Shown: positions 28,830 to 38,360, numbered from the stretch's first letter. The stretch: 64,000 bases of DNA from Dehalococcoidia bacterium (GCA_965249275.1 CBDFLQ010000007.1:768001-832000), one strand, 5' to 3'. Numbers and translations are program-made. Notes: generated by a model not told the origin, from the sequence alone.

Positions 28830-29150
28830 ATGTATCTTGACGGGCTCGAAATAGCGGGCTTGGGCGCGGGAATGGTCTTCCTGGCCCTAGTCGTAATGTT
28901 CGGGGCGACGTTGGGCCTGCGTATGACCATCGACAAGCTGGGAGCGGTCCGAATCGGGAAATCGCGTGCCGCTGCGGCCCCAACTGTCACCCCAACTATA
29001 GAGTCACCGCCTGTCTCCCCCTCCGCCATGCCTGAAGAGGCCCCTTCGGCAGAGCGCGTCCCCCGAGACAAGGCAGCGCGGGCCGCGGCCATTGCGGTCG
29101 CTCTTTACCTAACCGAGGAGGAAGAGGCCGAAGGCCGGCGCGGCCGGTAG
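28830..29150 (+). CDS. Na+-translocating decarboxylase gamma subunit (OadG-like)
   Basis: Single TM GMVFLAL, Pro/Ala linker, AAAIAVAL. Confidence 0.8.
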   Translation: MYLDGLEIAGLGAGMVFLALVVMFGATLGLRMTIDKLGAVRIGKSRAAAAPTVTPTIESPPVSPSAMPEEAPSAERVPRDKAARAAAIAVALYLTEEEEAEGRRGR

Positions 29151-29165
29151 AGCCACACGCCAAAG

Positions 29166-30305
29166 ATGCTTGTAGAGGAGCTTTTCGAAGGATTCCTAGG
29201 CCTCGAGTGGCGGGACGTCGTAATGATGCTCGTCGGGGGAGTCCTGATCTACCTCGCTATCAAGCACAAGTTCGAGCCCCTGCTTCTGCTGCCTATCGGC
29301 CTGGGGGCAATGGTGACGAATCTTCCCCTTGGCGGCGTGACGGGAGAGCACGGGGTGTTCGGGGTGCTGAAGAGCGCCGGTCTGGACAACGAGCTCTTCC
29401 CGCTGTTGATGTTCCTGGGGCTCGGGGCCCTGACGGACTTCACACCATTGCTGCAGCGTCCTTCTACGATGCTGCTTGGCGCGGCGGCCCAGGCCGGCAT
29501 CTTCGTTAGCCTGATGGCGGCCATAGCCCTGGACTTCTCGTTGAGGGAGGCCGGTTCTATCGCCATCATAGGATCGGCGGACGGGCCTACTACCATCTTC
29601 GTAGCCAGCCAACTCTGCCCGGACACCGAGACCTGTCAGAACGACGTGCTCGGCCCGGTAGTTGTGGCCGCCTACTCCTACATGGCAATGGTGCCCTTGA
29701 TCCAACCCCCGATAATGAAACTGCTGACTACCAAGGCAGAGCGCAGCATCCCCATGGAGTACACCGACAGAGAGGTGCCAAAACTCCTGCGAGTCATGTT
29801 CCCAATCATGGTGCTGTTAATCGGAGGGCTGCTGGCCCCCAAGGCAATACCGTTGCTTGGGATGTTCATGTTCGGGAACCTGATGAGGGAATCAAGGGTG
29901 GTGGACAGGCTGTCGAACACGGCCCAGAACTCGCTTATAAACATAGTGACTATCTTCCTGGGCCTCGTCATCGGCTCGACGATGACGGGAGAGAGTTTCC
30001 TAGACCTGGAGACGCTTAAGATACTGGGCCTCGGGCTGGGGGCTTTCATAATCGGTACGGCATCGGGGGTGATGTTCGGGAAAGCGATGAAGGTGCTGTC
30101 AGGTGGGAAGATCAATCCCTTGATAGGAGCCGCGGGTGTGTCGGCGGTGCCGATGGCTGCTCGGGTCGTTCAGCGGGTCGGGCAGAGCGAACGCTCGGAC
30201 AATTTCCTTCTCATGCATGCGATGGGCCCGAATGTAGCAGGGGTCATCGGCTCGGCGCTGGCCGGAGGGGTAATTCTCGCCCGGGTCCCGGCCCTCGCGG
30301 GCTAA
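29166..30305 (+). CDS. oadB: Na+-translocating decarboxylase beta subunit
   Basis: EPLLLLPIG, GALTDF, IIGSADGPT, AYSYMA, AGVSAVPMAARV, HAMGPNVAGVIGS. Confidence 0.93.
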   Translation: MLVEELFEGFLGLEWRDVVMMLVGGVLIYLAIKHKFEPLLLLPIGLGAMVTNLPLGGVTGEHGVFGVLKSAGLDNELFPLLMFLGLGALTDFTPLLQRPSTMLLGAAAQAGIFVSLMAAIALDFSLREAGSIAIIGSADGPTTIFVASQLCPDTETCQNDVLGPVVVAAYSYMAMVPLIQPPIMKLLTTKAERSIPMEYTDREVPKLLRVMFPIMVLLIGGLLAPKAIPLLGMFMFGNLMRESRVVDRLSNTAQNSLINIVTIFLGLVIGSTMTGESFLDLETLKILGLGLGAFIIGTASGVMFGKAMKVLSGGKINPLIGAAGVSAVPMAARVVQRVGQSERSDNFLLMHAMGPNVAGVIGSALAGGVILARVPALAG

Positions 30306-30342
30306 CCACTCACAATCCCGGCCCGGGCATCGGAGGTGAAAC

Positions 30343-31944
30343 ATGGCCTCGGAACATCTGATTCCAGATCTAATCGGCTATAACGGCAACGTCATAACCG
30401 TAGACCCCTACAAGCCTCGGGCCCAGGCCTTCGCCGTAAGGGAAGGCGCTTTCGTGGCGGTGGGAGACAATGATGAGATTAAGGATATGGCGGGGCCCCA
30501 CACCCGAAGGATGGACTTCGCGGGGAGCACGGTAGTACCCGGCTTCATCGACGCCCACATTCACGTCCTTAGCAGCGGGATTCGCCATGCCTTGATGGCC
30601 GACTGCGCCCTCCCTTCCATTGGCGAGATCCAGGAGGCCATACGCTTCAAGGCGGCGGACACGGCTGCCGGAGACTGGGTGCAGGGTTTCAAGTTCGACG
30701 ATACGAAAACGGTGGAGAACCGATTCCTCAATCGCCGAGACCTGGACGACGCCACCGGCCAGCACCCGATACTCGTGGCCCATCGGGCGGGGCACGTCTA
30801 CTACACAAACAGCATGGGGTTGAAAGCCCTCGGCATTGACAAGAACTCGCTGGACCCGCCGGGTGGACGCTACGGCCGAGACGAAGCAACTGGCGAGCTG
30901 GACGGCGTGTTGTACGAGACGGCAGCCGACCCTATCAGGTTCGAGTTGCTGTCGAAAGTCACGCCCGACGTGCGCCGAGAAGGCCTCAAGACTATTTGCA
31001 ATATGTTTGCCGCCGCCGGCCTGACCTCGGTGCACGATGCCCTGGTCACCAGCGATGACGTAGCCATCTACCAGGAAGCGTGGGAGCGGGGTGAGTTGCC
31101 ACTGAGGGTGTACATGCTGGTGCATTACAGGTATTTCGGAGGTTTCAAGGCGTCGGGGTTGAAGACGGGCTTCGGGGACGACCGGCTTCGTTTGGGCGGG
31201 ATCAAGATGGTCAGCGACGGAGCGATAGCCTCCCGCACAGCCTACCTGTCCCGACCCTACGAAGGAAGCGACAGCGATTGCGGAATCCGGGCGATTGCGC
31301 CGGATGAGCTGGAGGAGATGGTAAGAGAGGTCCACGACGCGGGCTACCAGGTCTGCGTACACGCGAACGGGGACGCTACCATAGACATGGTGCTGACCGC
31401 CTACGAGAAGGCGCAAAAGGCCAATCCTCGGCAGGACACTCGCCACAGGTTGGAGCATTGCACGCTGGTGAATCCGTCGTTGCTCAACAGGATGAAGGCG
31501 CTAGGAGCAGTGGCTACTCCCTTCTGCACTTATGTCTACTACCACGGCGAGAAGATGACATACTACGGGGAAGAGCGTGTGAAGTGGATGTTCGCACAGC
31601 GGTCGTTCCTGGACTATGGCGTCGTGGCGACGGGAGCTACGGACTACCCGCCAGGCCCCTACGAGCCGCTGCTCGGGATCCAGAGCTGTGTGACAAGGAC
31701 CGACATCAACGGCAACGTCTGGGGTGCGAACCAGCGCATATCAGTGGAAGAGGCGTTGAAGATATACACACTGCACAGCGCCTACGCCTCCTTCGAAGAG
31801 AACCTGAAGGGCTCCATCACCGCAGAGAAACTCGCCGACTTCACAGTCCTTGGCCGGGACCCGACCACCGTTGACCCACACACCATCAAGGACATCCCCA
31901 TCGAAATGACGGTGGTGGGTGGCGAACCGATCTACGAGGCGTAG
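30343..31944 (+). CDS. Amidohydrolase_3 (YtcJ-like) metallohydrolase
   Basis: PGFIDAHIH, GIKMVSDG, HANGD, RHRLEH, GATDYP. Confidence 0.92.
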   Translation: MASEHLIPDLIGYNGNVITVDPYKPRAQAFAVREGAFVAVGDNDEIKDMAGPHTRRMDFAGSTVVPGFIDAHIHVLSSGIRHALMADCALPSIGEIQEAIRFKAADTAAGDWVQGFKFDDTKTVENRFLNRRDLDDATGQHPILVAHRAGHVYYTNSMGLKALGIDKNSLDPPGGRYGRDEATGELDGVLYETAADPIRFELLSKVTPDVRREGLKTICNMFAAAGLTSVHDALVTSDDVAIYQEAWERGELPLRVYMLVHYRYFGGFKASGLKTGFGDDRLRLGGIKMVSDGAIASRTAYLSRPYEGSDSDCGIRAIAPDELEEMVREVHDAGYQVCVHANGDATIDMVLTAYEKAQKANPRQDTRHRLEHCTLVNPSLLNRMKALGAVATPFCTYVYYHGEKMTYYGEERVKWMFAQRSFLDYGVVATGATDYPPGPYEPLLGIQSCVTRTDINGNVWGANQRISVEEALKIYTLHSAYASFEENLKGSITAEKLADFTVLGRDPTTVDPHTIKDIPIEMTVVGGEPIYEA

Positions 31945-33555
31945 GTGGCTGTTATGCCATCCCCAGCCCTGACGCCCGACAAACTGATCGTCAACGCCAA
32001 CATTCTCACTGTTGACTCGCGCAATCCCCGCGCCGAGGCCCTGGCCATAAAGAACGGCAAGTTCGTGGCCGTTGGGGCTAACAAAGACGTGGAGCATTTG
32101 GCGGGGCCCGGGACCAAGGTCATCAACCTGGCGGGAAAGACCGTAGTTCCGGGGTTTATCGACGCACACATCCATGTAATGAGCACGGGGTGCAAACTCG
32201 TGTCCCGGATGGTGGACTGCGAGCTGCCGACCATCGGGCTGTTGCAGGAAGAGCTGAGGCTCAAGGCAAGGGAGACTCCGCCCGGCCAGTGGGTCATGGG
32301 CTTCAAGTACGACGATACCAAGACCCCGGAAGGCCGGATGCCGAGCCGCTGGGAGCTTGACGAGGTGAGCCGGGACCACCCGGTGATAGTGACGCACCGG
32401 GCCGGGCTCAAGAGTTCGGTCAATGAGAAGGGGCTGGAGGAATTCGGGGTGACGCGGGACTCGGCGGGGCCGATCTCGGGGCCTTACGAGAAAGACCCGG
32501 AGTCGGGGGAACCTAACGGCGTGCTGTACGAGGCAGGAGAGGAGCGAATCCGCTTCTTCCTGATGTCGCAGGTTAGTGCAGAGGAGCGGCGGCAGGGACT
32601 CAAAACGATAACCGGAATGTACGCTGCCGCTGGCCTGACCAGCGTCCACGATGCGATGGTCACCCCCGACGAAGTCAGCGTGTACCAGGACGCATGGGAG
32701 CGGGACGAGCTGCTGCTGCGGGTCTACATGCTGGTGCACGAGAACTATTTCGACACGTTTCGGAAGGCGGGCATAAGGACCGGCCTGGGGGACGACAAGC
32801 TGAAGTGGGGCGGAATCAAGCTGACCAACGATGGCGGGATAGCCACTCGGACAGCCTATCTAAGCGAGCCGTATATCGGAAGTAACGACCACGGGCTGAT
32901 GCTGTTCGAACAGGAAGAACTGGACGAAAAGATCCGGCGCATCCACGAGGCAGGATATCAGGCCTGCGTCCACTCCAACGGCGACGCGGCCATCGACATG
33001 ACTCTCCGGGCCTTCGAGCGTGCGCAGGAAGCCCACCCGAGACAAGGGGCACGGCACCGGATAGAGCACTGCACCGTGATGAATCCCGACCTATTGAGAA
33101 GGATAAGGGCGTTGGGCGTCGTCCCGACACCCTTCGGGGCATACGCTTATCAACACGGGGAGAAGATGCACTTCTATGGCGAGGAGCGGGCCAGGTGGAT
33201 GTTCGCGCATCGGGCTTTCCTGGACTACGGGATAACGTGCACGGGGGCGTCGGACTTCACGGCCAGCCCCTTCGAGCCGCTCCTGGGGATACAGTGCTGC
33301 GTTACCAGGACGGATAGCGAGGGTCGGGTCTGGGGCCCGAACCAGAAGGTGAGCATCGAGGAGGCGCTGAAGATTTACACGTTAAACGGGTCCTACGCCT
33401 CCTTCGAGGAGGGAACAAAGGGCTCGATTACGCCGGGCAAGCTGGCCGACCTCGTGGTCTTGGGCCAGGACTTGACCGAAGTGGACCCATTCAGCATCAA
33501 GGACATACCAGTCGAAATGACGATGGTCGGCGGGGAAGCGGTGTACGAGGGTTAG
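31945..33555 (+). CDS. Amidohydrolase_3 (YtcJ-like), tandem paralog
   Basis: PGFIDAHIH, GIKLTNDG, HSNGD, RHRIEH, GASDF. Confidence 0.92.
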   Translation: MAVMPSPALTPDKLIVNANILTVDSRNPRAEALAIKNGKFVAVGANKDVEHLAGPGTKVINLAGKTVVPGFIDAHIHVMSTGCKLVSRMVDCELPTIGLLQEELRLKARETPPGQWVMGFKYDDTKTPEGRMPSRWELDEVSRDHPVIVTHRAGLKSSVNEKGLEEFGVTRDSAGPISGPYEKDPESGEPNGVLYEAGEERIRFFLMSQVSAEERRQGLKTITGMYAAAGLTSVHDAMVTPDEVSVYQDAWERDELLLRVYMLVHENYFDTFRKAGIRTGLGDDKLKWGGIKLTNDGGIATRTAYLSEPYIGSNDHGLMLFEQEELDEKIRRIHEAGYQACVHSNGDAAIDMTLRAFERAQEAHPRQGARHRIEHCTVMNPDLLRRIRALGVVPTPFGAYAYQHGEKMHFYGEERARWMFAHRAFLDYGITCTGASDFTASPFEPLLGIQCCVTRTDSEGRVWGPNQKVSIEEALKIYTLNGSYASFEEGTKGSITPGKLADLVVLGQDLTEVDPFSIKDIPVEMTMVGGEAVYEG

Positions 33556-33580
33556 GAACGGGACAGGGAGGAAAGCGAAA

Positions 33581-34339
33581 ATGGCAGGCAAACTAGACGG
33601 CAAAGTGTGCGTCGTGACGGGTGGGAGCCTGGGTATCGGGAGCGGGACGGCCAAGGAGTGCGCCCGGGAGGGGGGACGGGTGGCGATACTCGACATTCAC
33701 GTAGAGGGTGGCCAGAGCACGGTTGCTGCGATACGGGAATCGGGGGGATCAGCTACCTTCATAGGGACGGACGTGTCCCAGGCCACAGAGGTGGAGGCTG
33801 CAGTCAAGAGAGTCGTCGAGGAATACGGGAAGATCGACGTGCTGGTGAATGCGGCAGCGCTACAGGTGCAGGCCCCCACCCTCCCCGAGGTCACGGAGGA
33901 AGAGTGGGACACTGTGATGGCCATAAATCTCAAAGGGCCCTTCCTATGCTGCAAGTACGTTATCCCGGAGATGCTAAAAAAAGGTGGTGGAGCGATAGTA
34001 AACGTCTCTTCGTCAGTCGTGCTGCGGGGGAGCGCGTTTTCCTTGCCGTACGCAGTGAGCAAGGCTGGGGTGATCCAGCTAACCAAGACTACGAACAGCC
34101 AATTCTGCAATAAGGGGATACGTGTAAATAGCGTGATCCCGGGGCTCGTGGACACGCCGGGGGCCCAGGGGGTCGAAGGCAAAGCGGGGATATTCGACGA
34201 GGTGGCGGCAGGTATACCTGTGGGCCGACCCGGCCAGCCAGAGGACATCGCCAAGCTTATCGTGTACCTGGCGTCGGATGATGCGGCGTACGTGTCGGGG
34301 GCCGCGATGGTGATAGACGGAGGAAGGAACTCTAAATGA
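33581..34339 (+). CDS. SDR-family oxidoreductase
   Basis: TGGSLGIG, YAVSK, IRVNSVIPG, IDGG. Confidence 0.93.
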   Translation: MAGKLDGKVCVVTGGSLGIGSGTAKECAREGGRVAILDIHVEGGQSTVAAIRESGGSATFIGTDVSQATEVEAAVKRVVEEYGKIDVLVNAAALQVQAPTLPEVTEEEWDTVMAINLKGPFLCCKYVIPEMLKKGGGAIVNVSSSVVLRGSAFSLPYAVSKAGVIQLTKTTNSQFCNKGIRVNSVIPGLVDTPGAQGVEGKAGIFDEVAAGIPVGRPGQPEDIAKLIVYLASDDAAYVSGAAMVIDGGRNSK

Positions 34340-35196
34340 GCAGGATTGTCGTGCTCGGGGCGGGGACGCCGACACCCACGCCCGCTCGCTTCGGATCGTC
34401 GTACGTCGTCGAGCTCAACGGACAGCACCTGATGTTCGACTGCGGCCCCGCTGCCACACACAAGCTCGTGAAGGCCGGTCTGTGGCCGACCCAGATAGAC
34501 CACCTATTCTTTACCCATCACCACTTCGACCATGACGTCGACTACCCCTGTTTCCTCCTCTGCCGGTGGGACCAGGGCGCAGGCCGGGAAAACCGGCTCA
34601 AGGTCTTCGGGCCGACGCTGACGGAGTCGATAACCGAGAAGCTGATAGGTGAGTCGGGGGCTTTTGCTCACGATTGGAAAGCTCGGGTGAACCACCCTGT
34701 AAGCCAACGAGTCTACGTGAACCGGGGCGGCACCCTGCCAAGGAGGCCTCCGGAAGTCGAGGCGCGGGACGTGGGGCCGGGAAAGGTGTGCTCGGGACCG
34801 GATTGGGAAGTAACCGCTGCGCCGGCGGAGCACGTGCAACCGTGGCTCGACTCCCTGGCCTATCGGCTGGAGACGGAATCGGGAAGCATCGTCTTTACGG
34901 GAGATACGCAGCCCTGCGATTCGGTAACGGAACTGGCCTCGGGCGCCGACACCCTGTTGTGCATGTGCTGGGACGATCAGGACGTGATGGACGAAAACGG
35001 CGAGCACGTGGGCCAGTGCGGGACCACGGGAGCCGCAAGAATGGCGCGGGATGCGGAGGTCCGCAGACTGGTGCTGGTGCACATGGGGCCCGGGCTTTCG
35101 GGGAGCGAGGCGAGGGGTAAGGCGGAGGCCGACGTGCAGGCAGTGTTTCCGGGAGAAGTGGTCTTCTCCGACGAGCTGATGTCCATCCCCCTCTAG
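34336..35196 (+). CDS. MBL-fold hydrolase (RNase Z/AtsA-like)
   Basis: LGAGTP, FDCG, THHHFDHD, FTGDT, LVLVH. Confidence 0.88.
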   Translation: MSRIVVLGAGTPTPTPARFGSSYVVELNGQHLMFDCGPAATHKLVKAGLWPTQIDHLFFTHHHFDHDVDYPCFLLCRWDQGAGRENRLKVFGPTLTESITEKLIGESGAFAHDWKARVNHPVSQRVYVNRGGTLPRRPPEVEARDVGPGKVCSGPDWEVTAAPAEHVQPWLDSLAYRLETESGSIVFTGDTQPCDSVTELASGADTLLCMCWDDQDVMDENGEHVGQCGTTGAARMARDAEVRRLVLVHMGPGLSGSEARGKAEADVQAVFPGEVVFSDELMSIPL

Positions 35197-35205
35197 CCTT
35201 GGCAG

Positions 35206-36468
35206 CTAGGTGGTTGGGGCAATAGCCTCCACCGCGACACCCCGGACGTAAATCCCCCTAGTCCTTCTTTCGATAGTAGTGATGGCTATGAAGGCCAGGA
35301 AGCCGCCGGCCGCCACCGACAACACCCACTCGGGCCCGAACCTGTCCCCGAGCGCTCCATTGCCAAAGTTTGCGAAGGACATGATGCCTGCGGCGTGAAG
35401 GATGTAAATGCTGGTCACCCGGCCCCGTATTCCGTCCGGCACTACGGACTGGATGAGGATTGACGAGAGGATCATAAATCCCGCTTGAGAAGCGCCCATA
35501 AAGGCGGTGGCCAACATGGCGAGCGGAAGGGTCGGGGCGAACGCAAGGCCAAGAGGGCTGAGGCCACTCACGATCCCATTGATGAGAAGGAGCCTGCCCC
35601 TTCTGTGGGGTGTTGAGAGGGGAGCTATGACTAAGGCTATCAAAAGCGCCCCGACACCGACCGTCACGTTCATCATGCTGACGCCGAAGGCGTCTGTGCC
35701 GAGCTTGGTCTCGGAAATCACTGGGAGAAGCGACTCGAAGGACATGACGAGGGCGCAGTGGAAGATCACAAGAGCGAAGACGCGGACCAGTACCGGGTGT
35801 CGGTAGGCATAGATGAATCCCTCAGCCAGGTTCCGCAGGTGGCCTCGGGCCGATTCGATGACGCCGGTGGAACGGGTGTGGATACGCAAGACGAGGAAGA
35901 TAGCAAGGGCGTAGGCGGCCGAGGCCATTGCAAAGGCCCATCCGATGTCGAGCAGGGCCAATATCGGAGCGATGGCGCCCGGGCCCAGGGCACGGGTCCC
36001 GTGAAAGGCTGCGTTGATCAGAGCGTAGGCGTTTACAAGGTTTCTTCTCGGAACGAGGTTGGCAGTCAGTGACTCAAGACCTGCAACTTGAGTAGCCATG
36101 GCGCTTCCGGTGACGAAGGCTATCACCACCAGATGCCAAACCTGGACAAAGCCGAGCAGCACCAGGAGGGCTGTGCCAACGTGAATGAGTATCTGGAACC
36201 CCATCGCCCAGGCCAAAAGGTCACGGCGTACCATTCTGTCGGCCATGAAACCCGCGAAGACGGGGACGAGAACGTAGGGGATCATGGCGGCGAAAATGAC
36301 CAAGCCGGCGGAGGCGCTGGAATTGTTCTCGGCGAGGTCGTAGGCGAGCCAGCCTCGGGCTACGATTACGGCCCAGGCACCGGCGTCGGCGCTGAGGGCC
36401 GCAAACCAGAGGTGCCGAAAGTCTCGGTGGGCCAGGGCCGGAAGGAATCGGTTGGCGGTTAGCTGCAA
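35206..36468 (-). CDS. MFS transporter
   Basis: ALAHRDFRHLW, GFMADRMVRR, VPDGIRGRV; ~12 hydrophobic segments; own TATAAT at 36501-06 on minus strand. Confidence 0.92.
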   Translation of the reverse strand: MQLTANRFLPALAHRDFRHLWFAALSADAGAWAVIVARGWLAYDLAENNSSASAGLVIFAAMIPYVLVPVFAGFMADRMVRRDLLAWAMGFQILIHVGTALLVLLGFVQVWHLVVIAFVTGSAMATQVAGLESLTANLVPRRNLVNAYALINAAFHGTRALGPGAIAPILALLDIGWAFAMASAAYALAIFLVLRIHTRSTGVIESARGHLRNLAEGFIYAYRHPVLVRVFALVIFHCALVMSFESLLPVISETKLGTDAFGVSMMNVTVGVGALLIALVIAPLSTPHRRGRLLLINGIVSGLSPLGLAFAPTLPLAMLATAFMGASQAGFMILSSILIQSVVPDGIRGRVTSIYILHAAGIMSFANFGNGALGDRFGPEWVLSVAAGGFLAFIAITTIERRTRGIYVRGVAVEAIAPTT

Positions 36469-36600
36469 GGTTTCATGGTCCGGGTATGAGGGCTGGGGGC
36501 ATTATAGACCTTTGGGGTGGGGGGCGGCACAGCCTCGCAATGTCGCCGGGATATTCGGTTGTGGGTTGGTGTTTAAGGTCTTTTGTTTGTGTGGCGGGTT

Positions 36601-37028
36601 GGCGATGGAAGACGCTTGCTGGACGCTGCCCCCGTTCCTGTGGCTCGGGTACTCCGACGCTCTGGGGCAAGGCGTCCGGCCCGCTTTTACCGCTGCTGCG
36701 GCCTGTGGCCCTGTATACGCTGGACATGGGCAGGGACCGTCAGGGCCACCAGGTCCGAGCCCGACTCCGGGGGTTGGCTGCACCGCATAAGGGCGGTAAG
36801 GAGACTCGTCCAGCGTCCGGGTGGAGCCTCTTGCAGGCGTAATATGTCCAAGTTTGCCGGTGCGACCCGGAGTGCAGGGACCACCGGCTCCCGGCTTGAT
36901 TGAGCGGTCGGGGTACCGAGAGGGCCTCGGCGCCGGGCCTATCCGACCGCTATTCCGCTTAAAGGAGCGGCTTCTCCGTTAGGAGCCTCACATGGAACTA
37001 TAGCGAACCAGGGCGTCTTTCCATCGCC
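36601..37028 (-). ncRNA. Unassigned ~430-nt highly structured element, putative large ncRNA (strand tentative)
   Basis: Ends pair (36601-15 with 37013-28; 36634-42 with 36989-98); about ten internal stems; 8-9 bp loop pseudoknots; no credible ORF. Confidence 0.6.
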
Positions 37029-37079
37029 TGGGAGTCAGGGAAGGGGACACGGGGCCCGGTGGGGATGAGGAGATGGCGG

Positions 37080-37122
37080 TCCTCCGTAGGCGGATGTTCC
37101 ATCCTCCGTAGGCGGACGTTCC
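37080..37122. repeat. Two 21-bp direct repeats (period 22)
   Basis: TCCTCCGTAGGCGGATGTTCC-A-TCCTCCGTAGGCGGACGTTCC. Confidence 0.85.
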
Positions 37123-37260
37123 GCTTTCGCTTGTGCCGCGGGCCTGCGCGAGGGCCGTTGGGATGGGCTGAGGCGTTGAGTCCTCGGGTGGGTCGGGTGG
37201 GCTTCCCTAGTGTTTGGTTCCTCCTTGGGTTTAGGGTGAGTGATTGGCCATTCAAGGGAG

Positions 37261-37290
37261 AATATAGTACATATGTACAAGTGTGGTCAA
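37261..37290 (-). promoter_or_regulatory. Promoter overlapped by a LexA-like SOS box
   Basis: Minus strand TTGACC-18 bp-TATATT; spacer contains palindrome GTAC-ATAT-GTAC (37267-78), resembling GNAC-N4-GTNC boxes. Confidence 0.6.
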
Positions 37291-37313
37291 GGGGTTCGTG
37301 TCACATTTTAGAG

Positions 37314-37498
37314 GGGGGTACCCCCACCCCAGATCCCTCGCGGAGCCTCGGGATGACAGATGAGATGGAGTCGGTTGGAGTCGGACTGACGGGACGGATG
37401 GGCGGTGCGTGGGTCTCCCCTCGCTCGACCCTTCGACCGCGCTCAGGGTGAGCGGCCCCACCCTGGGGATGGATTCCGGCTCGGGGGCCGGGATGAAG
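37314..37498. repeat. Cluster of REP-like palindromic elements
   Basis: AGATCCCTCGCGGAGCCTCGGGATGACA (37331-58), CCCTTCGACCGCGCTCAGGGTGAGCGG (37429-55), ATGGATTCCGGCTCGGGGGCCGGGATGAAG (37469-98). Confidence 0.65.
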
Positions 37499-37599
37499 AG
37501 GGGAGTGGAAGGGAGGTGTCGGAATATCGTTTGAAGTGGTTTTCGATGGGCCTTATACTCCGAGCTTGCCGGACGGTTGGGCCGGGGGAGGGACATGAT

Positions 37600-38310
37600 T
37601 TGGAAAACCTGATAGATATTCTGGAGTCGTTTAACCGGAAGGAGCGGTTTTATCTGCTCGCACAGGCCCTTCACGGGCATGGAGGCATTGAGAATCCGAG
37701 ATTTCAGATATCCGAGTCCTTCAGGTTGGACTTGGGTGAAGCAGTTGGGCTGCATGAACAAGGGATTACTATACCTAGCGATGCTTTTGTGGGGATGGAT
37801 TATCACCTGGATTCGATAGAAGGTAGTCTCGCCCTGACACATAAGGACAAATATCAGCACTATAACAAGAATAGAAAAGTGATTTTCGCCAATCTTGATG
37901 CCTCAGTTGCTGGAACACAACAAGATATTGATTTACTTGTAGCGTTCAAAGCTGAGAGCAAGTACCATTTGGTGCTTATAGAAGCCAAGGGATATTTGAG
38001 TTGGGATACACAGCAACTGTACTCCAAGGGGGAGCGGCTAAGACAAATCTTTGGCGAGAACGGAGATACATATTGTGACGATGTAGAACCACATTTCGTC
38101 ATGATGTCTGAGAACCAGCCTAAAATAGAAAATTGGCACGCTGACCGTCAACCTGCATGTTGGCCGAAATGGATGCGGAACAATAAAGGTGCACCCCTTC
38201 ACCTAACAATGTGTCTGCCAGCTAAAACCAATAAACGCAGAGTTGAGCGTTGTGATCGAGATGGAAATCCCGCAAAGTGTGAAGGGTATTTCCATTGCCC
38301 GTCAGGCTAA
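37600..38310 (+). CDS. Hypothetical protein, PD-(D/E)xK nuclease-like
   Basis: FNRKERFYL...QDIDLLVAF...LVLIEAKG; TTG start after GGAGG; low GC. Confidence 0.65.
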   Translation: MENLIDILESFNRKERFYLLAQALHGHGGIENPRFQISESFRLDLGEAVGLHEQGITIPSDAFVGMDYHLDSIEGSLALTHKDKYQHYNKNRKVIFANLDASVAGTQQDIDLLVAFKAESKYHLVLIEAKGYLSWDTQQLYSKGERLRQIFGENGDTYCDDVEPHFVMMSENQPKIENWHADRQPACWPKWMRNNKGAPLHLTMCLPAKTNKRRVERCDRDGNPAKCEGYFHCPSG

Positions 38311-38360
38311 TCTTTGCCTATAGTCATGTCTGACGAGACAAAAACTGGGTCGCTGTAGCA

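Noticed and set aside
37080-37122. Mini-CRISPR or iteron array
   Set aside because: Two adjacent 21-mers separated by 1 nt, with no spacer and no Rep or cas gene.
36588-37260. Group II or group I intron, RNase P, tmRNA, SRP, HDV-like ribozyme or fluoride riboswitch
   Set aside because: GTGTG/GTGCG, GGTCCCTGC and GGCGATGG resemble fragments of these, but domain V, P7 (GACTA/TAGTC), GAGGAAAGTCC, tRNA-like ends, the SRP loop, HDV P2/J4-2 and the crcB core were not found.
36452-37600. Multiple short ORFs and the 37405 start for the nuclease-like gene
   Set aside because: Pro/Arg/Gly-rich translations of palindromic GC DNA with no family motifs; the RBS supports a start at 37600.
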